DNA of 64,000 nt from IMG/VR virus record IMGVR_UViG_2974724996_000001, positions 1-64,000 of that record; one strand, written 5' to 3'. This DNA is from Oliverunavirus OLIVR1. Taxonomy: Duplodnaviria > Heunggongvirae > Uroviricota > Caudoviricetes > Schitoviridae. Shown in pieces: positions 54,245-64,000 of this stretch. A program made the position numbers and the translations under genes. Numbering within the stretch: the stretch's first letter is position 1; every line of letters begins with the position of its first letter. The notes below the pieces were generated by a model. The model did not search any database. It had not been told where the DNA came from and saw only the letters and a program-made list of their open reading frames with translations.

Positions 54245-56925
54245 TACCCATAGACAGTGGGAAGCATCAAATTAAGCTTCGTATAGTCTGTTATCATGTC
54301 ATAGGACATTTGTGCAATATCCGTACCAGTCATCAAGGTGCGCGATAGGAACGTGGAGCTACCTTCATAAGAGTACGATACATTGCTTTTTGTAATCCAA
54401 GAAGAATTAAATACAACATCTGTGTAACCAATATTCTGGCCCCACATTTGCTGAATATTTTGAGACTGCTGTGCATAACTCGTTTGTAGATTTTGAGTAT
54501 CACCAATAATATTACCAGTAACGTTATTCATATAAGATGCATAGCCTTGAGATAGTGCATCAGTTAGTTGAAGAAGGTTATCAACACGCATCATAGCTCC
54601 CCAGTTAAGGGTAGCAAAATTGGCTCCCTGCTGGAATGCAGATGCGACATTAAATACTACGAATGAGATTATTGCACCAATTAGTGCACCAAATTGGTCT
54701 CCAAATAGAGTTGTTGTTGCATAAGAAATAATCTGAGAAAGAACAACAGCAGCAAGAGCATTCGCTACTGAACCAGCAATAGCAGCAGTAATACCCGTGA
54801 AACCCATAGCTGCGCCTACAGATAGATTAGCCCCAAGAAGACCAAAACCTGCACCGCCAGTAAATACCGCCGCTACAATAGCAAATACAACTACCAGAAG
54901 GATTTTAAATATTCCTCGCTGATACCATTTTTGCTTTACAATTTCATAGCAATTAAAAACAATGAAGATACACGCAGTAGACATCTGTGTACTGTCTACA
55001 AGAGACACTTCTTTCATTGTCGCATAGTGCAATGGTACAATGAAGCCAGACTCTTCCGGATCATTCAATGCTTCGTTTGCAGTAATCTCCACATATTTAC
55101 CATTGTAAACATAGTTAATATGTTTCAGGCCGTAGATATCAATGTACCGATATGAGTCCGTTTTATCTTGCCAATAGATACGAAGATGCTCCATCTCAGT
55201 ATGATCACCGTATTCGATGGCAAGTCCGCCGGGACTGTTAGGACCATCCCCAGCAAAGTAAGCACGCTCCCAGACTCTATTAGGCAGTTGCTGGAACCAA
55301 ACCTCCCCATTTACAGCATCAGGCTTTCCTCGACCTGCTACTACATACTCTTCCATACTGACCCAAGAGATACGAATATCATATGGGATGTTTGAGGTAC
55401 CTGTAGTTTTGATCTGTACTTCATTGGTTAGTAGATTAATCATGGACTCAAAGCCCGGATACTCAGGGATCACCCCTGCGTAATACATCGCAAGGTCTTC
55501 CATCCATTGATTATAATCAGCCATCTGTTGAATGTATTGTTCCATTCTGGTAGGACCATATTGCTGAGTATTCATGAGCTTCTTGAAGAACCTATATAAA
55601 TATTTTTTACAAGCGTTCTCTTTGACATTCAGCGATACGCCAAATACCAGAAAAGCAAAGTCAATATCCCCAAGATTAGGGTTATCGGCAACCTTAGCGA
55701 TAAGATCATCAAAGCTTTGTTTCAAAAGCTTTTTATAACCCTTCCCAGTCTGCTGATACACATCTGTATAATAGTCATTTGCAATGAACCTATTCTCTAT
55801 ACGAATAGGCATAGGGGCATAGAATTCCCCTTCAATTCGAACAGGGTTCGCAATCATATTTTCCAGAGCCGAATTGTACCCTGAACCAATTCGATAAAGC
55901 CAGATATGCTGACCGGACCACTCAGATACAATAGTATCTGTCGTATCTGTTCTATGGGATCGAATAGCTGTAAGTACATCTGTTACTACAGTAATCTTTG
56001 TAGTAATCGTTACCCCTTCATTCTCTTCAGAAGTCTCAGTGACTTCAGTCGTCTGAGTAACTTGTGGAGTGGTCATAAAGTAAAGATCATAGCGACGATT
56101 AATCAATCGTGCATTTGAACTTTCTGGATCCTGTCCAATGTACTCTGTGCGAGTAAAATGAGAGGACCTATGAGCATAGGTCTCAGTGTGTTCAACATCT
56201 TCTGTAGTCTCCTCTGTCGGAGAACCATCGGAATAAGATACCTCTGTCGTTGTAACTGTATGCAGGGTTACAGACGGAACTGTATTATTGTCATAATCAA
56301 CCGTCCATCCAGAAGTGGATGGGTAAGGCTGTCCAGAAGACAGGACAACAACTGGACCTGTTACAGTTGGTTCAGTAATATTTTCTTTAATATAACTATA
56401 TAATATATATAAGTAAGTAGCGTCCTTGAAAAATTCAGAAGGTGTAAAGAGTGCTGTAGCACCATCAGAATATTCAATATAAATCTGGCCGCTATCAAGC
56501 ATGAAAGCTTTCCATGCTTTTGTAAATTCTTCCGGCCTATTTGTCATAATATACTGCTCTGCCCATGCAGTATAATCTGCTCCAATTGGTTCAGCCAATT
56601 GAAGATAAGGAACCCATCCGGGTACAGCAGGTAACTGAGACGTTACAACTGCATTATTGATATTCTCAAAACCATTGATCTCAGCAGACGGCAAACCAAC
56701 TGATGGGTAGTTGTCACGGGTCCATCTGTAAAAGGAGCGGAAATCCATTTGAGGACCGCCCAAATAGCCATAACGCAGGGTAGTAGCCAAACTATCCTGC
56801 GTGTCAGATGTGATATTCTTTAGTACCAGCGATTTAATATAGCTGGGGCGTTCTTCCTCTGCCCCAGCCATATTGTACGCCACAGAAGATACATAAGTAA
56901 GCTTCTTGGACGAAAACAGTCCCAT
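54244..56925 (-). CDS. large virion/ejection protein with C-terminal transmembrane segments (N4 gp53-like by position)
   Basis: 893 aa; several hydrophobic Ala/Gly-rich helices near the C-terminus. Confidence 0.5.
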   Translation of the reverse strand: MGLFSSKKLTYVSSVAYNMAGAEEERPSYIKSLVLKNITSDTQDSLATTLRYGYLGGPQMDFRSFYRWTRDNYPSVGLPSAEINGFENINNAVVTSQLPAVPGWVPYLQLAEPIGADYTAWAEQYIMTNRPEEFTKAWKAFMLDSGQIYIEYSDGATALFTPSEFFKDATYLYILYSYIKENITEPTVTGPVVVLSSGQPYPSTSGWTVDYDNNTVPSVTLHTVTTTEVSYSDGSPTEETTEDVEHTETYAHRSSHFTRTEYIGQDPESSNARLINRRYDLYFMTTPQVTQTTEVTETSEENEGVTITTKITVVTDVLTAIRSHRTDTTDTIVSEWSGQHIWLYRIGSGYNSALENMIANPVRIEGEFYAPMPIRIENRFIANDYYTDVYQQTGKGYKKLLKQSFDDLIAKVADNPNLGDIDFAFLVFGVSLNVKENACKKYLYRFFKKLMNTQQYGPTRMEQYIQQMADYNQWMEDLAMYYAGVIPEYPGFESMINLLTNEVQIKTTGTSNIPYDIRISWVSMEEYVVAGRGKPDAVNGEVWFQQLPNRVWERAYFAGDGPNSPGGLAIEYGDHTEMEHLRIYWQDKTDSYRYIDIYGLKHINYVYNGKYVEITANEALNDPEESGFIVPLHYATMKEVSLVDSTQMSTACIFIVFNCYEIVKQKWYQRGIFKILLVVVFAIVAAVFTGGAGFGLLGANLSVGAAMGFTGITAAIAGSVANALAAVVLSQIISYATTTLFGDQFGALIGAIISFVVFNVASAFQQGANFATLNWGAMMRVDNLLQLTDALSQGYASYMNNVTGNIIGDTQNLQTSYAQQSQNIQQMWGQNIGYTDVVFNSSWITKSNVSYSYEGSSTFLSRTLMTGTDIAQMSYDMITDYTKLNLMLPTVYG

Positions 56926-57812
56926 TACACCAATCCATTATTTGCCTGAATATGGTTCATTACCTGATCAATTTTAACGTTCGTAAACGCATTAGGCGGA
57001 GACAAGCCTTCATCAATCGTCTTCATGGTAATCCAGGCATCTGTATAAAGCTTTGCAGCCTTCATTTCACTGTCACGCTTATAGCTAACGATCTGCTGCT
57101 CATACAGGTCTTTCTGTTTACCTACAGAGCCTTCTACCTCGGAACCATCAGTACGCTGGTTAGCAGTCTGTGCTCTTGCAGCTTCCATCTGCTCGGTAAC
57201 CATCAGTTTCTGAACAGGCAGAAGTTCATCTGTTTGGTACTTGGTCTGCTCCGTCTGAGCCAGCACATTAGCGTAGGTAGCGTCTTCAGTTGAAAGCTTA
57301 ATCTTGGTCAAAGCATATTCAACTTCGGCTGTCATTGCCTGTGTACGAGCCAAAGCAAGCTGAGCTTTAGCAGTCTGTAGCTGGACACGCGCAATGACCG
57401 TCTCGATCATTGCCCTCTGTGCCTGCTGTTGGATCATGATGGCCTGCCAAAATGCCTGATCCTTCTGTAGAAGGAACTGAGTAGCATTAGCCATAGTCGA
57501 AGCAGTTAATTCAATATATGCTTTGACATAATCATTACCAGTAATACGACCGGCAGAGTATTCATCTTTCAGGTGCCTCTTTACAGAGGTCATCAGGACA
57601 TCGAATGTACCGTCACCATCAACAGTTCTCGTTGTGAGATCGTCATTGGAGAGACTAGTGACATCTTTCCAGATTGGATCATTTGGATCCTTTTCCGGTA
57701 TGTTAAATGACGGATCATTTAAATTAATATCCGGAAATGAAAAATCCTTGCCAGAGATCAACTCTGGCAAGAGTTCATTAGCGAGTTCCCCCGCACCGCT
57801 TGAAGTTGCCAT
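56925..57812 (-). CDS. virion protein (N4 gp54-like by position and size)
   Basis: 295 aa, Gln/Ala-rich coiled-coil centre. Confidence 0.45.
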   Translation of the reverse strand: MATSSGAGELANELLPELISGKDFSFPDINLNDPSFNIPEKDPNDPIWKDVTSLSNDDLTTRTVDGDGTFDVLMTSVKRHLKDEYSAGRITGNDYVKAYIELTASTMANATQFLLQKDQAFWQAIMIQQQAQRAMIETVIARVQLQTAKAQLALARTQAMTAEVEYALTKIKLSTEDATYANVLAQTEQTKYQTDELLPVQKLMVTEQMEAARAQTANQRTDGSEVEGSVGKQKDLYEQQIVSYKRDSEMKAAKLYTDAWITMKTIDEGLSPPNAFTNVKIDQVMNHIQANNGLV

Positions 57813-57826
57813 AAGGCATTACTCCC

Positions 57827-58564
57827 TTAATCGTTAGTTGCCCCAGAGGCCAACTGAGAAGCTTGCAGAGTTGCAAGTTCTTTATCCGTCAACGGAGGAA
57901 GCATTTCAATAGCAAACTTTCGGACCCACTGGGTCTGAATGTCTTCCTTACCGTTCTTCTTGGTCACACGGATTTGGAGGAACTTCTGGGAACGAAGGAA
58001 TTTGTAGATGCAATAGGGAACGTGGTAACCGTTCTCTGTTGCTTCGCCAAACGGTACATACTTCGACACAGTGCCAAGGAATTCATTAGCAACAGTGAAA
58101 ATGCCACCGGGAAGATTTGCATCTTTCGGATCCATATTCGTGATACGAATACGAACCAGACGCATGTTCTCTTCATAGAGAACCTTGCGAAGGGAAGCAG
58201 GCTTCTTAGCAGGAGTAGCAGACTTCACAATCTCCTTGGCTTCCGGCTGCATTTCTTCTTTTTCCTCATCTTGCTTATCAGCAAGTTTATCAGCAATCCT
58301 CGCTTTCAAAGCATCAATACCGATATTATTGGAAAAAGAAATACCCATAAGCTTTGCTCGCTGCTTGAGCATATCAAGCTCAGAGGGCATCTCAAGGTCA
58401 TCTTCGCCTTCATCGGAACCAAGGGAATTACTTTCCTCAGTGACATCCTCAGCAGACGGTGTAACTTCATCGGGCTGGGCAGCAATCTGCTTTTCAAGAT
58501 CTTCCTCGGAAGGCTCGGTCTTGGCAGGGCCGGTCAGATTACCGAATAGATTATTAGTAGACAT
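57827..58564 (-). CDS. hypothetical structural-module protein
   Basis: 245 aa, acidic N-terminus. Confidence 0.45.
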   Translation of the reverse strand: MSTNNLFGNLTGPAKTEPSEEDLEKQIAAQPDEVTPSAEDVTEESNSLGSDEGEDDLEMPSELDMLKQRAKLMGISFSNNIGIDALKARIADKLADKQDEEKEEMQPEAKEIVKSATPAKKPASLRKVLYEENMRLVRIRITNMDPKDANLPGGIFTVANEFLGTVSKYVPFGEATENGYHVPYCIYKFLRSQKFLQIRVTKKNGKEDIQTQWVRKFAIEMLPPLTDKELATLQASQLASGATND

Positions 58565-58598
58565 TATTCAAGTCCTTACTGGGTTAATCAGGTGAAGA

Positions 58599-58617
58599 AG
58601 GAGGGGGATACCCCCTC
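58599..58617. terminator. GC-rich hairpin ggaggggg-ata-ccccctcc directly downstream of the major capsid gene
   Basis: 8-bp stem, 3-nt loop, then ctcatttt; same consensus as the 51366 hairpin. Confidence 0.5.
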
Positions 58618-58632
58618 CCTCATTTTGACCGA

Positions 58633-59856
58633 TTAGATCGGAGCAACAGTCTTGATGATTGCCAGACGCTCAGGACGCTTGATCAGAATACCGTAGTACC
58701 ACTTGATCGAGGAGAACCCGGTCTCGCCATACGGATCATTACGATCCGCAGTTTCACGACCGGGCATCTTGGTCATGACAGTAAACTTGAGGGTCTTGCC
58801 ATCGGTCTGGAAACCAATGGTAGAGAATGCCTCAGAGCCGACTACGAAAATCGGGAACACGTCATAGCGTTCCACACCACCAACAACCGTAGACTGGTAG
58901 CCCGGGTTATCATCGACCTCTGCACCAGCACCAGCCCAATGAAGCATTTCCGGAACTTCGATGAAGCGGAATGCACCAACCGAGCCAATTTCACCGTTCA
59001 GAAGCGTACCAGCGTCAGCATAGTGCTGAACTGGGATGAAGGCCGGATTACCAAACAGATCGGTCATGCCACGCAGAACGATGGACAGGTCCGAACTATG
59101 GTAAGCCACACGACCACCAGCGATGGTTTTCGTATCAATCAGACGAGAACCAGAAATGATCTTCGTCTGCTTCGGAGTACGATTGTCGTTGAGGATCTTA
59201 TCCAGACGCATGAGGTTCTTATAAGAAACCACAGAGGCCGGGACAGTAGCACCACCAACAACTTCTTCCTCACCGGTGATCTCGTCATCAGACGTAGCAG
59301 CACCAGAGTAAAGGATCGTACCAGCACCGGCCAGTAGGTCCTTCTGAAGAACAGCTTCAGTAAGCTGAACAGCACCGTTCATCAGTTCACGGGACAGATG
59401 CTTCATCAGTTCATCGTCCGAGTCGAAGTCCAGACTTTCCTGAGTGAATTCAGTGAAGAAACCGAACTTGTGGATCGAGCCTTCACGCATCAGACGAGTG
59501 AAACCTACACGGTTCACACGACCACCATTTTCAGTGAGAGTAGGCAGCTTACCAACAATCGTACCGATATCACGGCTGGAACCATAGAGATTACCATTCG
59601 CAATGGTAACACCGTTGGCATCAATACCTTGGTCATTGATGTTACGGTCATCCAGAAGGGGAACGTATTCATAGACCTTGACGGTCTTACCGTAGTTCTT
59701 CGGCATGTTAATAGCCGAAGCAAGAGGCATGAAATACTGATCCTTCCGGGCCTCAATGATAGCGCCCTTTAGATAAAGGAACGTATTCATCTGGTCGGAG
59801 CCATCTCCGTCGATGGTGGATTTTACACCGTCAATAGGTGCGTTGTAGTTCAACAT
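58633..59856 (-). CDS. major capsid protein (N4 gp56-like)
   Basis: 407 aa (N4 MCP is about 400 aa); located between putative scaffold and terminator hairpin; expected position in N4 gene order. Confidence 0.7.
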   Translation of the reverse strand: MLNYNAPIDGVKSTIDGDGSDQMNTFLYLKGAIIEARKDQYFMPLASAINMPKNYGKTVKVYEYVPLLDDRNINDQGIDANGVTIANGNLYGSSRDIGTIVGKLPTLTENGGRVNRVGFTRLMREGSIHKFGFFTEFTQESLDFDSDDELMKHLSRELMNGAVQLTEAVLQKDLLAGAGTILYSGAATSDDEITGEEEVVGGATVPASVVSYKNLMRLDKILNDNRTPKQTKIISGSRLIDTKTIAGGRVAYHSSDLSIVLRGMTDLFGNPAFIPVQHYADAGTLLNGEIGSVGAFRFIEVPEMLHWAGAGAEVDDNPGYQSTVVGGVERYDVFPIFVVGSEAFSTIGFQTDGKTLKFTVMTKMPGRETADRNDPYGETGFSSIKWYYGILIKRPERLAIIKTVAPI

Positions 59857-59890
59857 GGTATTACCCTTTTAATACCCTGAGTAATATTAC

Positions 59891-61057
59891 TCAGAAGCGA
59901 TTGCCGTACTGCTTCGTAAACTCCTCATCCGACATAGCCAACGGATTGATAATAGGAGCTGTTTTACGAGGCGTGGTTTTTGGTGCTGCGGCAGCTTTCG
60001 CTTTGTCGTTGTTTGTAACGGATGACTTAGGAGCAGCGACTCGGGTCTCAATAAGCTGTGGCTGTGTTGCAGGAGCTACCTGTTTCTCAGCTTGACGCTC
60101 TGGTACCTTTACCAAATCTGCAAAGCCATTGTTGTCACGGAGGTGATCACCGACTTGCTTATATGCCTCAATAAAAGGTGTTGTATGTGGAATTTTCCCA
60201 AGAGCTTTTTGACGGTCCATTTCACTAACAATCCGGTCATAAATACCGAGTTGTCGTTGTTCATGGATGACCTCAAGAAGCGAGGGATTGTTCATCAACA
60301 CCTCATGACTTTTTGCATCCCAAGTTGTGTTCATTACAGTAAGACTATCCAAGCCACCTTCCTGAGATTTCAGGTTATCAAGGGCTTCACGGAAGACTAC
60401 TTGTTGATCAGTAACTTCTGGAATACTTGTCCGGTAGTTTACTTCCTCTTCATTATTAAAATCAAGAGGGTCAATACCGGCTTCTTTAACAAGCTTCTTG
60501 ATAGCATCCGGATTTTTATTACGGAGGTCCACAAGGAAAGCCAAATCAGCCTGATCTACATTCAGGAGATTATTCTGTTCAAGGAAACGAAGGGTCTTCA
60601 GATGTGGCTGAATATCCTGCATCTTACGACCAAATCCAGCACCCATCTGCATGAGGCGGATTGCATCATCAGCATCCTTGATTTCAATTGTTTTACCATT
60701 GGCCTTGATAGGAGCAATGATACGTTCATAGAAAGCCTGAAGATCAGGTCCTTTATTCTCTGGTTCAGCCGGAGGCACAATAGGCTTGCCATCAGCATCT
60801 AGTTCTGGTTCAGTGACAGGAGGAACAACATCTTCCGGCTTAGTAACCTCGGGAACATCAGGCTGTTTCTCAACCTGTTCTTCAACAGGCGGTTCAACAA
60901 CAGCAGGAGTTTCCTCAATAACCGGTACGGGAGTATCTTCTTGTGTTTCTACTGAAGGAACGTCAGATGGGGCAACTTCTTCAGCCACCCCGTTGTTACG
61001 TTCTGGTAGAGCCAAGAATTCCTCGTCGGACATCTCAAGGTAGTTCTTACCAGTCAT
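59891..61057 (-). CDS. putative scaffolding/structural protein, acidic Pro/Glu/Val-rich N-terminus
   Basis: 388 aa immediately upstream of the MCP gene. Confidence 0.4.
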   Translation of the reverse strand: MTGKNYLEMSDEEFLALPERNNGVAEEVAPSDVPSVETQEDTPVPVIEETPAVVEPPVEEQVEKQPDVPEVTKPEDVVPPVTEPELDADGKPIVPPAEPENKGPDLQAFYERIIAPIKANGKTIEIKDADDAIRLMQMGAGFGRKMQDIQPHLKTLRFLEQNNLLNVDQADLAFLVDLRNKNPDAIKKLVKEAGIDPLDFNNEEEVNYRTSIPEVTDQQVVFREALDNLKSQEGGLDSLTVMNTTWDAKSHEVLMNNPSLLEVIHEQRQLGIYDRIVSEMDRQKALGKIPHTTPFIEAYKQVGDHLRDNNGFADLVKVPERQAEKQVAPATQPQLIETRVAAPKSSVTNNDKAKAAAAPKTTPRKTAPIINPLAMSDEEFTKQYGNRF

Positions 61058-61064
61058 GGTTCAA

Positions 61065-61415
61065 TTACTCTCCGTCTTCTTCTGTTTCAGCACGGAGATG
61101 TTCGATTTCTTCATCAATCTCCGGGAGACGATCACGAAGGTTATCAGCCTTCGTCTGGGTAATCTGAAGCCAACGTTTCAGATGACCGGGAGCCTGAGCC
61201 ATAGCGAGAGCATCTTCTCGCTGTTCCTTGGTCAACAGAGGATCACCAGATGAAGCAACAAAGTTGGCAGCAGCATCAATGATGTATTCCTGCATGATGA
61301 TTTTCTGGAAATCAGGGTTACGAAGCAGAACAGCTACTCGCTCCGAGAAAGCAATTTCTTCAAGAGCTTTCTTCTTCTGATATTCGAGACCTTCGATCTC
61401 AAGTGCTTTTGACAT
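61065..61415 (-). CDS. hypothetical acidic coiled-coil protein
   Basis: 116-aa ORF between portal and scaffold-like gene. Confidence 0.45.
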   Translation of the reverse strand: MSKALEIEGLEYQKKKALEEIAFSERVAVLLRNPDFQKIIMQEYIIDAAANFVASSGDPLLTKEQREDALAMAQAPGHLKRWLQITQTKADNLRDRLPEIDEEIEHLRAETEEDGE

Positions 61416-61440
61416 TATTGATATTCCTCTATGGGTTAAT

Positions 61441-63771
61441 TTAGCCAGTAATGTTTATCGCAGGATTACTTGCTGGGTCAAGTGATGGATCGTAAAATTG
61501 TGAACCAAGGGAGTAAGACGGATCCCGAGCAGCCAAAGCATCTCTAGCCAATGTGGTATCAGCAGGACGATTATTGTTACTATTACTGTTCTTACTTAGT
61601 TCATTAAACCCTACGGCAGCTTCAATATCAGGCTTGGTCTCTTGACCATTTGCCTGTTTACGAGGCTTCAGCAAAGATTTGGTAACTTCCAGAGCTTGGT
61701 TACCACGAGCCTGCCCAGCTTGTTTCTCAAGCTCACGCTCATGCTTTGTACCAGTTTCTTGCTCAACCGTATCAAGGTCTTGCTGATTTGCCTTGGCACG
61801 TTCTGTTTCAGCCTTAGCAACATTAAGGGCAATCTCACTATCCAGTAATTCGATTTCTTTCTGAGCTTTCATAACAGCAAGCTGTTTCAATTGCTGTTCA
61901 ATTGGGTCAGGCTGAGGTTCGAACTTTTCAAGCATCTTGGCAAGATCAGGCATACGCTGGAGCTTAGCAATCTCAACTAGAATGATTTTGACCATACCAA
62001 AGTCCACGGTGTTACCCATGGTCTGAAGCATGAATGCAAGGTCCTGAGCCTTTTTGTTATCAACCTCAGCAGTCGAAATATCGACAATAAGATCGAAATT
62101 ACCAATGAGGTCTTCGCGTTTGACAGTAACAAACTCATCATTGGTTACACGAACAACTTCTTCCTCAGAAAGGAAGACAGCATTCATAGCAATGATTTTA
62201 TCACCAATACGCTTAATACCATTTGCGAGACGACGAAGAATACCCATTTCACGCTTGGATGATGCATCCAAGACACCACGAATACCAGCAGCCACATCGC
62301 CAAATGCTTCACCCGACATACCCCCTGCAAAAGCCTTCACACCCGAGAGGCTCTCTGCTTCTTGGTTCTGCATAGTGACCATCAGCATAGCTGACTGCGG
62401 TATCTCGGGGTACTTATGTTCAACGTGACCAAGGTTCGGATTAGTGGTCGGATTAAACTCATAATCAAGACCAGCATCAAACTTTCGACGGTTCAGGGAG
62501 TCAAGCATGCCCTTGGCAAAACCCTGCTGGCTGTTAGCAGATCGACCCATAAGGTCAATCATGCCACGCATTACAGCACCCAGAACTGCCTGATTATCAC
62601 CAAGGATTTCAGCATCCGGTTCGCCCATAAGCTCACGCTTAACAGGCATATAAGTCTCAATCACAAACGGCAGCTTCTTATCCGGAAAAGGATTTTCCTC
62701 CATGCGGACAATAGCGCCACCAACCCAAGTGGCAACAATAGGAACAAGTTCCCCTGTTCCATGAATGTCATAAAATCCCCAATACTCAAATGCCACCACA
62801 CGTTTACGCAAACGGTCTTGGAAGTTTGAGTCTTGTGGAGTCTGGCTTTCGTGGTCAGGATTGACCAACGGTGTTGCCATTTCCCAGTTTACATACTGAA
62901 GGTTCTTGTACCGATCAGGCTCCTTAAGCATATCTGCCTGAGAAGTCTCAAAGGATACGATGGCAAAATTTGCTTTATCAATGTCACCTTCACAGGAAGG
63001 ATCTACATAGAAATTATGAGGGTTAACAATAGAGACGTTCGGACGATTTTCAACGACCTTCTCTACATCAACTTCTTGCTGGCCTACCTGAATAGCAATA
63101 ACAACAGTACCGGTCTCTTCGAAATATCGAATAGCTTCCTTTACATCGTCAGAGACAGACTCATCATACTCACGGGGATTTTCATCCCTGAGAGTCATTG
63201 CTTGCTGGATCATCTCAACTTGCTGGTCTTCCTGTGGCTCCATATAGCCCCATACAGGAACAACCTCTTTCACCATTTTGGTAATACGAGTCCAACCGGT
63301 ACGAACAATAACCGAGCCTTCATCGACAGCAGTACGGACGTACTCATCAATGAATTTCACTCGGGAAATTTTAGTACGCCATTGCCAATTCAGAACAATA
63401 TCATTCTGATTGGCTCCCTTGCGATCTTCGAAGGTAGCAGGCTTAACTTGATACAACTTGTCTGAACCAAGGAAAGGCTCTGACAAAGCAGCATAACGCC
63501 ATTCAGCTTGACGACGAATAAGCTTTGGCTGGATCGAAGATCGTCCTTTCATGGACTTAGGCTTGGCTTTGCCACGAACCTTCATCAAATCATTCCAACC
63601 AGACACCTTGGTGGAATGTGTATCATGGGCAGACTTCGACATATCGAGGTCACCCTGAAGCTTCATGATATTAGGTTCATTGGCCCAATCGGTCAGCTTA
63701 GGTGCCTCAACCGGATTAAGTTCTGCACTCTCAGGACCAAGAGCTTTTTCGGTAACCACTACCTTCGCCAT
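61441..63771 (-). CDS. portal protein (N4 gp59-like)
   Basis: 776 aa (N4 portal 763 aa); RBS aaggtgag; position two genes upstream of the MCP gene. Confidence 0.65.
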   Translation of the reverse strand: MAKVVVTEKALGPESAELNPVEAPKLTDWANEPNIMKLQGDLDMSKSAHDTHSTKVSGWNDLMKVRGKAKPKSMKGRSSIQPKLIRRQAEWRYAALSEPFLGSDKLYQVKPATFEDRKGANQNDIVLNWQWRTKISRVKFIDEYVRTAVDEGSVIVRTGWTRITKMVKEVVPVWGYMEPQEDQQVEMIQQAMTLRDENPREYDESVSDDVKEAIRYFEETGTVVIAIQVGQQEVDVEKVVENRPNVSIVNPHNFYVDPSCEGDIDKANFAIVSFETSQADMLKEPDRYKNLQYVNWEMATPLVNPDHESQTPQDSNFQDRLRKRVVAFEYWGFYDIHGTGELVPIVATWVGGAIVRMEENPFPDKKLPFVIETYMPVKRELMGEPDAEILGDNQAVLGAVMRGMIDLMGRSANSQQGFAKGMLDSLNRRKFDAGLDYEFNPTTNPNLGHVEHKYPEIPQSAMLMVTMQNQEAESLSGVKAFAGGMSGEAFGDVAAGIRGVLDASSKREMGILRRLANGIKRIGDKIIAMNAVFLSEEEVVRVTNDEFVTVKREDLIGNFDLIVDISTAEVDNKKAQDLAFMLQTMGNTVDFGMVKIILVEIAKLQRMPDLAKMLEKFEPQPDPIEQQLKQLAVMKAQKEIELLDSEIALNVAKAETERAKANQQDLDTVEQETGTKHERELEKQAGQARGNQALEVTKSLLKPRKQANGQETKPDIEAAVGFNELSKNSNSNNNRPADTTLARDALAARDPSYSLGSQFYDPSLDPASNPAINITG

Positions 63772-63803
63772 GTCTCACCTTATTACTTTAGTAATATACT
63801 GGG

Positions 63804-64000
63804 TTATTTAGTTTTTTCACGTCCTTGAAGGATTACCTTAATTTCCCTCAAATCGCCAGACTGCTGAGCCAGCAGGTTCTGGATTTCTTTGATAGCATTA
63901 CTAAGACCATCGAGATTGTTTTCTGCGGTGGTTACTCGATAAGTCAAATTTTCAGTAACAGAGTTGATCCTACGTAGATCATTTTCTACGTTCTTAAAAC
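63804..64000 (-). CDS. C-terminal end of an upstream late protein (partial, continues beyond window)
   Basis: Open frame from the window edge to TAA at 63804-63806 (...KEIQNLLAQQSGDLREIKVILQGREKTK*). Confidence 0.4.
   Translation of the reverse strand, partial: FKNVENDLRRINSVTENLTYRVTTAENNLDGLSNAIKEIQNLLAQQSGDLREIKVILQGREKTK

Noticed and set aside
63508-63828. 106-aa plus-strand ORF at the right edge
   Set aside because: It is antisense to the portal gene and the partial upstream late gene in a uniformly minus-strand block.
1-64000. CRISPR arrays, integrase/att sites, transposase genes
   Set aside because: No short regularly spaced direct repeats were found. The only tandem repeat is the 77-bp duplication. 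No recombinase or transposase motifs were seen in any ORF.

Overview
This window reads as the left two-thirds of an N4-like (Schitoviridae-type) lytic phage genome. The assignment rests on gene content and order only; no database search was possible. Positions 1-40918 are a plus-strand early/middle block. It holds two tandem canonical tRNAs (Asn-GTT, Gln-TTG), many small early ORFs and an HU-family protein. It also holds the N4-type two-subunit T7-like RNA polymerase II, a MoxR-AAA/VWA pair, dCTP deaminase, rIIA/rIIB-like genes, an H-NS-like protein and a MazG-like NTPase. The replication module is Dda/RecD-like helicase, family-A DNA polymerase, a Cas4-like nuclease, primase, an AAA_24 ATPase, SSB and a RuvC-like resolvase. 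A bidirectional terminator at 40936-40970 separates this from a minus-strand late block (40966-64000). That block encodes a 3443-aa virion RNA polymerase-like giant protein, virion/ejection proteins (one with an LAS/M15 peptidase motif), the major capsid protein and the portal, in N4 gp50-gp59 order. Six observations stand out. (1) A textbook minimal type-I hammerhead ribozyme at 3960-4009. (2) The two RNAP II subunit genes are separated by about 4.2 kb of inserted DNA. The insert begins with an HNH-AP2 homing endonuclease that overlaps the stop of the small-subunit gene. It also carries an SPFH/band-7 protein with a tiny TM peptide, an endonuclease VII-like HNH protein, and 672 bp of ORF-free sequence. 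(3) A perfect 77-bp tandem duplication frameshifts the RuvC-like resolvase gene. (4) Three to four large ORF-free, structure-rich regions are studded with tRNA-like hairpins. (5) Several tRNA-like elements have canonical acceptor and T arms but aberrant cores. One of them has a non-7-nt anticodon loop containing CTA. (6) There is a phage-encoded H-NS-like protein.
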